A stretch of 64,000 nt of DNA from Acetatifactor sp. (GTDB lineage Bacteria > Bacillota > Clostridia > Lachnospirales > Lachnospiraceae): the NCBI GenBank assembly GCA_022511465.1, contig JAFLRM010000002.1, forward strand, positions 23,845-87,844, in the 5' to 3' direction. Both the position numbers and the translations under genes were made by a program. Below the pieces are notes generated by a model that saw nothing but the letters and a program-made list of their open reading frames with translations, was not told the origin of the DNA and did not search any database. Shown here one piece after another: positions 11,001-20,729 of this stretch. Positions within the stretch are counted from its first letter, which is position 1, and every line of letters begins with the position of its first letter.

Positions 11001-12509
11001 TTACATTTTCTCCGCCGAAGCAAAACCCATCATATTCTCCAGAGATGGCTCACTTGTACAGTTCATGCGGACACTGAACAGGTTCTCATTCTTCCAGGCA
11101 AAGTCCATACACACATGACCGTGTTCCTCGTCAATCAGGAAGCACTGCAGGATCAGATGTCCATTCTTGAAATCGGCTCTGCACTCACAGCGGAAACCAC
11201 TGACGGGATTGGTCTGGCGTTTCCACTCTCCTACGGCGAAGATAAGGTTAAGCACCGTCTTCTCTCCTGTTGCCTTGCCAAGGGACGGTTTGATGCCGCG
11301 CTCGTAGTTTAGCGTCATTTGGATCAGGCCTTTAGACAGATCCTGCCAGTCGAAGGTGACATCCTTCCAGTTTTGAGCATTATCGAAAAAGCGGTAACTC
11401 TCTTTACCGGACAACTGTTGTAAATGGGCAGCCTGGTTGAAGGTGTTTGCTCCGCCAGGTGCTGTTGAACCGGCCGGTTCTTTCTCGCTTAAGAAAGCGT
11501 CCAAATTGTCCTCTCTGCGCTCCTTCAGATAGGGGTATACAGTCTGGTAGAAACAGTCGTAGAGAATCTGCAATCCTGCGGAATTACCGATAGTGTCCGC
11601 CATGGTCAGATAGCAGAAATCATATTTGGGGAAACAGACTGCCAGCTGCCCTCCCATGCCGTACATGACAAACCCATCCTCCGGGCCAAGTTCATTTTCT
11701 TTTCGCGTTCTGGGCATCCAGAAAAAATATCCGTAGCCGCACTGTTCGTCCAGTGTCGGCTGCATATCGGTGGGTGCCAGATTGGACAGCGCCTCCCGCA
11801 TGAAGTCGAAGGGCAAGAGTTCCTCTCCGTCCAACATTCCAAAATGGTTGCACAGGTAAGCCACACCCGCAACATCTCTCAGGGTACACATGAGTCCGCT
11901 TCCTCCCTGAGACACGCCTACCGGATCTTCCATAATGTAAGCATCCTTGGAGAAGCCCAACTTATCAAAGGCTTCCTTTCTCAAATAATCCAACATTTTC
12001 ATGCCGGTTAGTTTCTCCACCAGCGCACCCAGCACATGGGCTGAGGAAGTGTCATAGGAAAACACGGTGCCGGCCGCATGATCCGGCTGCACCCGGAAGA
12101 AGGATTCCGTCCAGTCATCGCTGTCGTATAATTTATAGGTAGTGTTGGCGTAACAGGTGCGCATGCTGAGCATCTCCCGGATGGTCATCTCGGCACACCA
12201 GGGATGCACGCCTCCCTCCGGTATATATTCCGGAAAATGATCGCAGATCAGATCGTCCATTCCCACCAGTCCGTTTTTCACCAGAAGTCCTGTAGCCAAT
12301 GCCACAAAGCTTTTGGTGATGGAATACATGCGGTGGTTATCCTCCGGTCCATAGGGCGCGTAGTAGCGCTCTGCGAGAACCTTCCTACCCCCCAACAGCA
12401 TATAGCCATGGATATGTACCCTCTGCTGTTTCAGCAATTCCTCCAGTCGCTCCACGGCGGCTGTCGGAATATTGTAGTCCTCCGGTCTGCCAGATTCCAG
12501 TGTGAACAT
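11001..12509 (-). CDS. Serine hydrolase, beta-lactamase/EstB-like family
   Basis: YSITKS (SxxK), LLSMRT, FSYD (Y-x-x), GYGYFFW, GMGGQ; no signal peptide visible. Confidence 0.85.
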   Translation of the reverse strand: MFTLESGRPEDYNIPTAAVERLEELLKQQRVHIHGYMLLGGRKVLAERYYAPYGPEDNHRMYSITKSFVALATGLLVKNGLVGMDDLICDHFPEYIPEGGVHPWCAEMTIREMLSMRTCYANTTYKLYDSDDWTESFFRVQPDHAAGTVFSYDTSSAHVLGALVEKLTGMKMLDYLRKEAFDKLGFSKDAYIMEDPVGVSQGGSGLMCTLRDVAGVAYLCNHFGMLDGEELLPFDFMREALSNLAPTDMQPTLDEQCGYGYFFWMPRTRKENELGPEDGFVMYGMGGQLAVCFPKYDFCYLTMADTIGNSAGLQILYDCFYQTVYPYLKERREDNLDAFLSEKEPAGSTAPGGANTFNQAAHLQQLSGKESYRFFDNAQNWKDVTFDWQDLSKGLIQMTLNYERGIKPSLGKATGEKTVLNLIFAVGEWKRQTNPVSGFRCECRADFKNGHLILQCFLIDEEHGHVCMDFAWKNENLFSVRMNCTSEPSLENMMGFASAEKM

Positions 12510-12531
12510 ACCTGTGATCCTCCATTTTCGT

Positions 12532-13917
12532 TTATTTTTCCTGTACCTCTGCAGGGTTATCCATAATTCCCATAAACAGCGGGACTTGTGATTCGTTTTC
12601 TATGATCATGTAGAGGAAGGGTCTGTCAAAACTCAGGATAGACGATGACATCCCTCTTGTAAGCAACTCCACCTCCGTTGCCACAGAGGCTTCTGTGCCT
12701 TCCTCGTCCAGACGAAATACCGCCTTTTGACGCACCAGACCAATATACAGCGGGCTTCTGGGATCGTTTGATATCCCGGTAAAATCCGCCTGTAACATGT
12801 CAAATGCACGCTGCAGTCCCATATTTTGCAGACTCTCATTTAATACCTGATCAAAGGTAATCTCAAATTTGGGTAAATTCAGATCCATCACGGTGGAAGT
12901 ATTGGTGCCGATCAACTCCATCAGTTCCTGCAAAGTGAGCCGGTCATAAAGCTCCCGCACCGTCAGTTTCCCCGTCGGTTTCACCGCAACAAAGGAATAG
13001 GCATCCCCCACATAGGGAAGAACAACTCCCTCCGCCAGATCACTTTGGAAATATTGTATTTTCGCAGAAGGCATGCTCATGGTCTCCGCCATTATCACTT
13101 CCCCGCTGTCTAACGTAAATTCTCTTTCGCGGGTATTTGCCGCCGCAAAGGGTTTCTCCCATTTACCCTGAAAATACACCGTGTCAAAGAGCACTAATGC
13201 GACATCCTCATTTAGCTGCTCCGAGAGAAACTCTTGAATCATTCCCTCGGTGTTTTGTTTTACCCAGAGGTTGATGTCCTCTCTCGTCTCCTCGGCGGTA
13301 AGCTCCGCCTGATATACATCAGCATCGTAGAAGCTGTACACCTCACTCAGCCAATGCTCCAGCACCGTGAGATCATCATCCAGCCATGCGGAATTGGCAA
13401 GTAAAACCTGCAATTCCTCCTCATCTTGGGGCAAGCGGTTCATCAGGTCATCCTGCAAACACGCCATATCCGATCCCAAAACGGTTCGAAACTCCTCCAA
13501 AGTCTCTCCCTCTGCACCACACCCTGCCATAGATATCGCCAAGTAGGCGGACACCGGAGACAATACCGGATTGAGTTTATCCAAATTTTGTGACAAAAGA
13601 TTATAAGAAAAATTCTGTACCGGGGCGTAGGAGTAGATGGAGTAATCGATCATGAGCCTTGTGTTTACTTCAAGGCGCTTGGCTTGGATCGTGCTATGCT
13701 CTTTTGGATGCATCTCCATATCTTCTCCCCGTTTAGTCTCTGCGTTTACGGAATCTCCTTGTGTTTTTTCTTCTGAGCCCTCTGTAGTATGGGAATCACC
13801 TTGAGCGTTTCCTTTCCCCGTGCAGCCTGTAAGCAAAGCACCAAGCAACATAATTACTACAGTCAGAGAAAGTAATCTTCTTCCGCTTGTCTTCACGGAC
13901 AATCTTTTCATAGTCAT
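12532..13917 (-). CDS. Serpin-family lipoprotein
   Basis: Lipobox LLTGC; NPVLSPVS, GAEGET, ANSAW, INLWVKQNT.G.I, YFQGKWEKPF, LPKF, DEEGTEA hinge, FDRPFLYMI..PLFMG. Confidence 0.92.
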   Translation of the reverse strand: MTMKRLSVKTSGRRLLSLTVVIMLLGALLTGCTGKGNAQGDSHTTEGSEEKTQGDSVNAETKRGEDMEMHPKEHSTIQAKRLEVNTRLMIDYSIYSYAPVQNFSYNLLSQNLDKLNPVLSPVSAYLAISMAGCGAEGETLEEFRTVLGSDMACLQDDLMNRLPQDEEELQVLLANSAWLDDDLTVLEHWLSEVYSFYDADVYQAELTAEETREDINLWVKQNTEGMIQEFLSEQLNEDVALVLFDTVYFQGKWEKPFAAANTREREFTLDSGEVIMAETMSMPSAKIQYFQSDLAEGVVLPYVGDAYSFVAVKPTGKLTVRELYDRLTLQELMELIGTNTSTVMDLNLPKFEITFDQVLNESLQNMGLQRAFDMLQADFTGISNDPRSPLYIGLVRQKAVFRLDEEGTEASVATEVELLTRGMSSSILSFDRPFLYMIIENESQVPLFMGIMDNPAEVQEK

Positions 13918-13950
13918 GTTCCTCCTGATATTTTAGCTTATTTTCCACAT

Positions 13951-14715
13951 TTAATCAAGGTTTTCTGGCGGATACTGTATTTCTATACACACTGGCCGAT
14001 TCTCTGCTTCATCCATATTGGGTGGATAAGCACAGATTTGTTGCGCCCCCCATATATCCATATAATGCTCCGTAATATACTGTTCCAGTTGACTACTCAC
14101 ATTGCTTCCATCCTCTACGTATACCATACCGTCAAGCACTACTTTGCCTGATCTTGGCACCATAGTCTGAAGTTCATGGGATTGACTGTCGTAAAAGATC
14201 AAACTATAAGTATATCCTACAATTTGATTCCTCTCCCCTTCCGATACTATTTTGAGTTGATCGTAATAATTCAAAATCTGCTCAAAATGATCTCCCTCTG
14301 TCAATGTAATACGCTCTCCATTGGAACCGTTGACAATTTGAACCTGCGCAATGTCATTTCTGTCCAAAAGCACTTGTGTCGAGACCTTTTCTCCACTGGA
14401 CTCTTTCGTTGTGGCAGGAGACGGTTCCACTTCTTCCATCTGCTCCATTTTATCTCGTACATTTCCCTCCTGTATATCTCCTTTTAATGTATCATATTCC
14501 GGCACCTCCTCTGGTACATCCGCCTCAATATCCACAGAAAATGTACCGTTTCCTGCGATTACATCTTCTCCCTGTACCTCTTTCTCCTGCCTTAAGTCCT
14601 CCAGAGAAACGGCCCTGCCTTTCTCCCTGGCACCACAACCGCATAATGCCATTATTGTCACTGCGATCACTCCCGCTAAAACCATTTTCTCTGTAAATCG
14701 TCTGCCTCTTTTCAT
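13951..14715 (-). CDS. Hypothetical lipoprotein
   Basis: Basic N-terminus, hydrophobic stretch, ALCGC lipobox; GGAGG RBS before ATG 14715. Confidence 0.7.
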   Translation of the reverse strand: MKRGRRFTEKMVLAGVIAVTIMALCGCGAREKGRAVSLEDLRQEKEVQGEDVIAGNGTFSVDIEADVPEEVPEYDTLKGDIQEGNVRDKMEQMEEVEPSPATTKESSGEKVSTQVLLDRNDIAQVQIVNGSNGERITLTEGDHFEQILNYYDQLKIVSEGERNQIVGYTYSLIFYDSQSHELQTMVPRSGKVVLDGMVYVEDGSNVSSQLEQYITEHYMDIWGAQQICAYPPNMDEAENRPVCIEIQYPPENLD

Positions 14716-14774
14716 CTCTTTCCTCCAATCTCCTGACATACACATAATAACGTGTTAAGGTGTTTGTCAGAAAG

Positions 14775-14799
14775 GACGAGTTTTGCCGGAAAAAGTTCC
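14775..14799 (-). promoter_or_regulatory. Putative ECF sigma factor promoter
   Basis: GGAAC-N16-CGTC on minus strand, 60 bp upstream of lipoprotein start and just downstream of the ppa terminator. Confidence 0.55.
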
Positions 14800-14812
14800 C
14801 ATATTACGCAAA

Positions 14813-14843
14813 AACTCCGGCGACACAAAATGACGCCGGAGTT
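14813..14843 (-). terminator. Intrinsic terminator downstream of ppa
   Basis: AACTCCGGCG...CGCCGGAGTT stem followed by T-tract on minus strand. Confidence 0.8.
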
Positions 14844-14880
14844 CCATAACTCTCTTTTATACAAGCGGTAATGCTGCTCT

Positions 14881-15346
14881 TTACCAGCTCTTGATAAATG
14901 TATTGATGTAATTGTCCAGACACTTTTTTATGACCTCAATGGCTTCCTCCCGGTTACCTTTCTCATTTACAGCTGTGGTCTTGTGTTCCAAAGACTTGTA
15001 CACCGAGAAGAAATGCTCCATCTCCGCTACCACATGCTCGGGAAGCTCTGAGATATCCTGATAGCAGTTATAGTTGGGATCATCGAAGGGCACGGCGATG
15101 ATCTTCTCATCGTTTTTACCGTTATCCAGCATGGAGATCACGCCGATGGGATATGCCCGCACCAGCGTCATAGGCTGGATAGGCTCCGAACAGAGAAGCA
15201 GTACGTCCAGAGGATCCCCGTCATCACCGTAAGTGCGGGGAATAAAACCATAGTTTGCCGGATAGTGGGTTGAAGTGTGCAAAATCCGTGGGTGTTACCC
15301 GCTCCGTGGCGATATTGTGCCAAATGCTACCGTTTATTTGCTCCAT
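14881..15346 (-). pseudogene. ppa: Family I inorganic pyrophosphatase, internally deleted and frameshifted
   Basis: RBS GGAGGA + ATG 15346 gives MEQINGSIWHNIATERVTPTDF then leaves frame (stop 15224-15226); LHTSTHYPANYGFIPRT.GDDGDPLDVL continues in another frame; the IEI..G..KYE.D segment is absent. Confidence 0.8.
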
Positions 15347-15424
15347 AGTTTCCTCCATATCGCTTTTTATGTCATAACTTGCATCCTCAAGAGATCGCTG
15401 TTTGGCAATCTTTGTTCCTCAGGG

Positions 15425-16675
15425 TTATCCGCGGATTTGTCCGTTGCCCCGGATCGTGTATTTGTAAGATGTCAATTCCTTCAAGCCCATAGGGCCTCTT
15501 GCGTGGAGTTTCTGGGTGCTGATACCAATTTCCGCACCAAATCCAAACTCAAACCCATCAGTGAACCGGGTAGATACATTCACATAGACACAAGCCGCAT
15601 CCACCTCTTTTAAAAACTGCTCCGCCGTCTCCCTGTTCTCCGTGACAATACATTCGGAATGCTTGGTATTGTACCGATTGATATGTGCGATAGCCTCCTC
15701 TACAGAGTCCACCGTCTTGATGGATAAAATATAGTCCAGATATTCGGTTCCATAGTCCTCCTCCGTGGCCGGCATACACTCTTCCACAAGGATATCCCTG
15801 ATGCGCTCGTCGCCTCTCAGCTCTACATTCTTGGGACGAAGCTTCTCCGCCAGAAGCGGCAGGAATTTCTCCCGTACGCTTTCGTGCACCACCAGTGACT
15901 CACAGGCGTTGCAGACACCAATGCGCTGGGTCTTTGCATTATATATGATCTCCACAGCCATATCCAGATCAGCGTCCTTGTCCACATACACATGACAGTT
16001 GCCTGTGCCGGTCTCAATCACCGGAATGGTGCTGTTCTCCACCACACTGCGGATCAGCCCCGCGCCGCCTCTGGGGATCAGCACATCCACATACTGATTT
16101 AACCGCATAAACTCCGCTGTCACCTGCCTGTCTACATCCTCGATCAGCTGAATGGCATCCTGTGTCACTTTAGACTCAGTCAGCGCTTCCCGTAAGACCT
16201 TTACAATGGCCATATTAGAGCGTATGGCATCACTGCCGCCTTTTAAGATCACGGCATTCCCGGTCTTAAAGCAAAGCCCAAAGGCATCCGCCGTCACGTT
16301 GGGTCGGGACTCGTAGATGATCCCAATGACGCCCAGCGGTACACGCACTTTCTCAATCTCCATGCCGTTAGGGCGCGTGGTGCGCTCCATCACTTCGCCG
16401 ATACAGTCGGGCAGCTCCACAATCTGCATAAGTCCCTCCGCCATGGCTTCGATACGCTCCCCTGTCAGACGGAGTCTGTCGATCATGCCGGGATGCATAC
16501 CGTTTTTCTCACCGTTTGCAATATCCTCTGCGTTGGCGGAAAGAATATCGTCCTTTTTATTAATCAGACTTTGAGCCGCATGGCGCAGCGCCTGATCCTT
16601 CTTCTCAGTAGTAAGCCTCTGCAGCTCATATTTGGCGGCAACAGCCTGTCGCCCCATAGCGTTTAGATCAGCCAT
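15425..16675 (-). CDS. proA: Gamma-glutamyl phosphate reductase
   Basis: [57 protein letters not shown]. Confidence 0.97.
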   Translation of the reverse strand: MADLNAMGRQAVAAKYELQRLTTEKKDQALRHAAQSLINKKDDILSANAEDIANGEKNGMHPGMIDRLRLTGERIEAMAEGLMQIVELPDCIGEVMERTTRPNGMEIEKVRVPLGVIGIIYESRPNVTADAFGLCFKTGNAVILKGGSDAIRSNMAIVKVLREALTESKVTQDAIQLIEDVDRQVTAEFMRLNQYVDVLIPRGGAGLIRSVVENSTIPVIETGTGNCHVYVDKDADLDMAVEIIYNAKTQRIGVCNACESLVVHESVREKFLPLLAEKLRPKNVELRGDERIRDILVEECMPATEEDYGTEYLDYILSIKTVDSVEEAIAHINRYNTKHSECIVTENRETAEQFLKEVDAACVYVNVSTRFTDGFEFGFGAEIGISTQKLHARGPMGLKELTSYKYTIRGNGQIRG

Positions 16676-16692
16676 CTAACGCTCCTCCTTTT

Positions 16693-17292
16693 CTACACAC
16701 AAATTACTTGGTACGGCCTTTTGTCATAAGACTCGGCAGGAACCTCATCCACCATCTGACACCGAAATCCTACCGCGATAGAACGAAGAGTCAGTTCTTC
16801 TCTTTCCGCCAGATAGCGGTCATAAAATCCCTTCCCATAGCCGATACGGTTGCGATAAGGATCAAAAGCAACCCCCGGCATCAAAAGAAGTACCTTGTCC
16901 GTCTCACCCTTTTTCTGGCAGACCGCATAGTCAAAAATTTCCGTATCCCCCACAGGCTCCGGAATCCCTTTGTAACCTTTTATCAATTCCTCCAGAGAAC
17001 ATATACGGTAAAACACCATCTGCTCTCCCTCCACCTTGGGGACATAGACCTTTTTCCCCTGTCTGATCGCTTCCTCCAAAAGCGGTTTAGTGTCTATTTC
17101 ACTCCCATAACTCACAAAACCAAGAAAGTACTCCGACCGGTAGAACCATTGATGCCCCAATATCCGCTCGGTCATGAGGAGCGAAGCACGTGCTCTCTCC
17201 TCTTTGGTCAAAGCGTCTCTGCGGGCAAGCATCTGTCTGCGCAGATTCTTCTTGGCATCCGTTGCCGCCACAGCTTCTATCCCTGAATTCAT
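16693..17292 (-). CDS. 5-formyltetrahydrofolate cyclo-ligase
   Basis: KKNLRRQM, EIDT, YVPKV, MPGVAFD..RNRIGYGKGFYDRYL. Confidence 0.92.
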   Translation of the reverse strand: MNSGIEAVAATDAKKNLRRQMLARRDALTKEERARASLLMTERILGHQWFYRSEYFLGFVSYGSEIDTKPLLEEAIRQGKKVYVPKVEGEQMVFYRICSLEELIKGYKGIPEPVGDTEIFDYAVCQKKGETDKVLLLMPGVAFDPYRNRIGYGKGFYDRYLAEREELTLRSIAVGFRCQMVDEVPAESYDKRPYQVICV

Positions 17293-17489
17293 CTTTTCAA
17301 CCTCTCCACCGTTCCATCCGGACGCTCCACACGGATGCTGTCCAGCTGGGCCTTCAGGTTGCCGCGGATATTTTCCACATATTCTTTCCGGAGAGCGGCC
17401 TGCTCTGCCTTCTCCTCCTCATTTAAGCCCTGTGTCTGGGACTTGTGATAAAGCTCGTTGATGCGCTTTATCCGTTCTTCCATGTTCAT
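17289..17489 (-). CDS. DUF896 (YnzC/UPF0291) family protein
   Basis: IKRINELYHK...GL.EEEKAEQAALRKEY...RGNL..QL. Confidence 0.85.
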   Translation of the reverse strand: MNMEERIKRINELYHKSQTQGLNEEEKAEQAALRKEYVENIRGNLKAQLDSIRVERPDGTVERLKR

Positions 17490-17570
17490 GGCTATTTCCT
17501 CGCTCATTTGCGCCATTGCGCATACTTTTACCTATTTGTCACATCATTACGCCGACACATGACACATGCG

Positions 17571-18500
17571 TCAGTCTTTGTGGAGATTATCCACAAAGTC
17601 CGGTAGATCAAAGGCTTCGTCCTCATGAGCCACAAAGAGAGTTCCCTCGTTCTCTCCCGCCAAGATCCGATGTAGGATTCCGATGTCTTTGCTGTTTGCT
17701 ATGATCATATCCACATTGGAGCTGGTGGCGATCTTTGCCGCAATGAGCTTCGTGTTCATACCACCGGTTCCCACATTACTTCCGGTACTTTCCTTGCCCA
17801 TATCCATCAGTTCGTCGGTCAGTTCCTCAACCTGCTCAATAAATTTGGCATTTGGATTTTGCCTTGGATCATCCGTATATAGCCCGTCAATGTCGGATAA
17901 AAGGATCAGAAGGTCGGCTCCCACCAATGCCGCCACAATGGCAGAGAGGGTGTCGTTGTCACCAATGTTGATCTCATAGGTAGCCACGGTGTCGTTCTCG
18001 TTTACAATAGGAATCACACCCATATCCAGCAGTTGAGAAAAAGTGTTGTGGGCATTGTAGCGGTTAAGGTTGTCCACGATGGTGTTCTTGGTCATCAAAA
18101 TCTGGGCCGCCACCTGGTTGTACTCCGCAAAAAGCTTCTGGTAGGTCATCATCAGCCGCGCCTGCCCGATGGCAGAACATGCCTGCTTTACCGCCATGGC
18201 CTCCGCCTGAGTGTCCGCCTTGATCTCTTTCAAGTTGATGGCTTTTTTGCCCACAGCGATGGCACCGGAGGTAACTAGCACCACATCTTTTCCCTGGTTG
18301 CGTATGTCGCAGAGCTCCCGCACCAGCTTCTCCAGTCTTATGTAGTCCAAGTCCCCTGTCTCCGCGTGCTGCAAGGATGAGGACCCAATCTTTACCACGA
18401 TACGCTTTTTTTCTTTGATCGCTTCTCTGAGCTTTTCCTTTTGTTGATCCACAAAGTTGCCATTCCTGCGCTTGCGTGCGCGTGTAATCTTGTATCTCAC
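17571..18500 (-). CDS. proB: Glutamate 5-kinase (no PUA domain); true start possibly GTG 18452
   Basis: VVKIGSSS, LVTSGAI, IGQARLM, PIVNENDTV, GDNDTLSA, LSDIDGLY, GTGGMNTK. Confidence 0.95.
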   Translation of the reverse strand: MRYKITRARKRRNGNFVDQQKEKLREAIKEKKRIVVKIGSSSLQHAETGDLDYIRLEKLVRELCDIRNQGKDVVLVTSGAIAVGKKAINLKEIKADTQAEAMAVKQACSAIGQARLMMTYQKLFAEYNQVAAQILMTKNTIVDNLNRYNAHNTFSQLLDMGVIPIVNENDTVATYEINIGDNDTLSAIVAALVGADLLILLSDIDGLYTDDPRQNPNAKFIEQVEELTDELMDMGKESTGSNVGTGGMNTKLIAAKIATSSNVDMIIANSKDIGILHRILAGENEGTLFVAHEDEAFDLPDFVDNLHKD

Positions 18501-18551
18501 ATTAGCGCCAGCCGGTACGCATTTTTGCCGGCTGTGCTTTATTGCAATATC

Positions 18552-19940
18552 TTAAATTTCATTCCCCGGGAACTTCGGAATCCCATCAAATCCTACCTGC
18601 AACTCTTCATCTGTGGGAATATGATCGTTCATTTCGCCGTTGTGGAATTTCTCATATGCCACCATATCAAAATAGCCTGTGCCTGTAAGACCAAAGAGGA
18701 TAGTCTTTTCCTCTCCGGTTTCCTTGCATTTGAGCGCCTCATCAATGGCCACACGGATTGCATGAGAACTTTCCGGAGCGGGGAGGATTCCTTCCACCCT
18801 TGCAAACATTTCCGCCGCTTCAAATACAGCTGTCTGCTCCACTGCCTTGGCTTCCATCAGTCCATCATGATACAGTTGGGAAAGCACTGTACTCATACCG
18901 TGGAAACGAAGGCCGCCGGCATGGTTCGCAGAAGGAATAAAGCCGCTTCCCAGAGTATACATTTTTGCAAGCGGACATATCATTCCCGTATCGCAGAAAT
19001 CATAAGCAAACTTACCTCTTGTAAAACTTGGACAGGAAGCCGGCTCCACTGCGATAAATTGATAATCCTTTTCCCCACGGAGCTTTTCACCCATAAACGG
19101 TGCGATCAGACCACCCAGGTTAGAACCGCCGCCTGCGCATCCAATAATGATATCCGGTGTGATCCCATATTTATCCATGGCAATCTTCGATTCCAAGCCG
19201 ATCACTGACTGATGTAGAAGAACCTGATTCAATACACTTCCCAGCACGTAGCGATAGCCTTCATTTGTGGTGGCCACTTCAACTGCCTCCGAAATGGCAC
19301 AGCCAAGACTTCCTGTGGTACCCGGATGCTCCGCCAGAATTTTGCGCCCCACATTGGTGGTCTCGGACGGGGACGGAGTTACAGAGGCACCGTAGGTTCT
19401 CATCACCTCACGTCGGAAGGGTTTCTGCTCATAGGAAACCTTTACCATATAAACCTTGCAGTCCAGCCCCAGATATGCACACGCCATGGAAAGAGCGGTT
19501 CCCCATTGTCCAGCACCGGTCTCCGTTGTCACGCCTTTAAGCCCTTGCTTCTTGGCATAATAAGCCTGGGCAATGGCTGAATTCAGTTTATGGCTGCCGC
19601 TGGTATTGTTGCCCTCAAATTTATAATAAATCTTTGCAGGAGTTTTCAGCTTTTCCTCCAGGCAATAGGCTCGCACCAGAGGGGACGGACGGTACATTTT
19701 ATAAAAGTTACGAATCTCCTCGGGGATTTCCACATATGCAGTATCGTCATCCAGTTCCTGTGCAACCAGGTCATCACAAAATACGCCTCTCAACTCCTCA
19801 AAAGTCATAGGCTTTAAGGTTCCCGGATTCAATAACGGAGCAGGCTTATTTTTCATATCAGCGCGCAAATTATACCATGCTTTTGGCATCTCACTCTCTT
19901 CCAAATAGATTTTGTACGGTATTTTCACTTCCTGACTCAT
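18552..19940 (-). CDS. trpB: Stand-alone tryptophan synthase beta chain type 2 (TrpB2)
   Basis: YRPSPL.RA, KFEG..SGSHKLN (PLP Lys), TETGAGQWG, GSLGCAISEA, GSVLNQV, HAGGLRFHG, PAPESSHA. Confidence 0.93.
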   Translation of the reverse strand: MSQEVKIPYKIYLEESEMPKAWYNLRADMKNKPAPLLNPGTLKPMTFEELRGVFCDDLVAQELDDDTAYVEIPEEIRNFYKMYRPSPLVRAYCLEEKLKTPAKIYYKFEGNNTSGSHKLNSAIAQAYYAKKQGLKGVTTETGAGQWGTALSMACAYLGLDCKVYMVKVSYEQKPFRREVMRTYGASVTPSPSETTNVGRKILAEHPGTTGSLGCAISEAVEVATTNEGYRYVLGSVLNQVLLHQSVIGLESKIAMDKYGITPDIIIGCAGGGSNLGGLIAPFMGEKLRGEKDYQFIAVEPASCPSFTRGKFAYDFCDTGMICPLAKMYTLGSGFIPSANHAGGLRFHGMSTVLSQLYHDGLMEAKAVEQTAVFEAAEMFARVEGILPAPESSHAIRVAIDEALKCKETGEEKTILFGLTGTGYFDMVAYEKFHNGEMNDHIPTDEELQVGFDGIPKFPGNEI

Positions 19941-19974
19941 TTTTAACCTCCAAAAAATTATTTTTAAGTATATC

Positions 19975-20715
19975 TTACTCTTCCTTCAGCAATCTTTCAA
20001 GCAATACTCTGCGGTTGTTGATAAACATTTCCGTTATCTGATAGCTCTCAGTGTCCTCATAAGTACAAGGCTTCATCTCTCCGTCATCAAAGGAAAGGAT
20101 ATCTGCATCAGGGAGCCCCAACAGTATGGGGGAATGTGTGGCAATAATAAACTGGGAGCCCGCTTCCGCCATCTTTGCGATCTGCATGAGCAGGGACAGT
20201 TGGCGCTGGGGAGAAAGAGCCGCCTCCGGCTCGTCCATGATATAGAGGCCTTCGCGGTCAAAGGACTGAAAATAGGCGAGGAAGCTCTCTCCATGAGACT
20301 GCTCGTGCAGAGACTTTCCTCCATATCTGGCGTAATATAGTTCTTTGGGATCTCCATCCCGATATTCCTCCGCCTTACTCGCTACATTGAAAAAGCTCTC
20401 CGCTCTGAAAAAATATCCACTCCCCGGTTTACGGAAGCCTTTCACCATGTGAACCGCATTTCCAAGCGGTGAGATATCATCGTAGGTGCTGAAACGGTAA
20501 TTTATTGTTCCACCCTCAGGATTGAAGCCGTATGCCACCGCGATCGCCTCGATCAACGTAGACTTTCCGGAACCGTTCTCCCCCACAAAAAAGGTGACAT
20601 TGTTCGTAAATTCCAACTCACCCATATGTTTGATCGCTTCAATGCTGCGCAGATAGGAGTTCCCCTCTATCTGATCCCAGTCAATGCAGATACTTCGGAT
20701 AAATCTATCGTTCAT
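19975..20715 (-). CDS. Predicted ABC-like ATPase (AAA_21/COG3910 type)
   Basis: GENGSGKST, FFRAESF, QSHGESF, MDEPEAALSP, IATHSPIL. Confidence 0.85.
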   Translation of the reverse strand: MNDRFIRSICIDWDQIEGNSYLRSIEAIKHMGELEFTNNVTFFVGENGSGKSTLIEAIAVAYGFNPEGGTINYRFSTYDDISPLGNAVHMVKGFRKPGSGYFFRAESFFNVASKAEEYRDGDPKELYYARYGGKSLHEQSHGESFLAYFQSFDREGLYIMDEPEAALSPQRQLSLLMQIAKMAEAGSQFIIATHSPILLGLPDADILSFDDGEMKPCTYEDTESYQITEMFINNRRVLLERLLKEE

Positions 20716-20729
20716 TTACTTTCTCTTTC

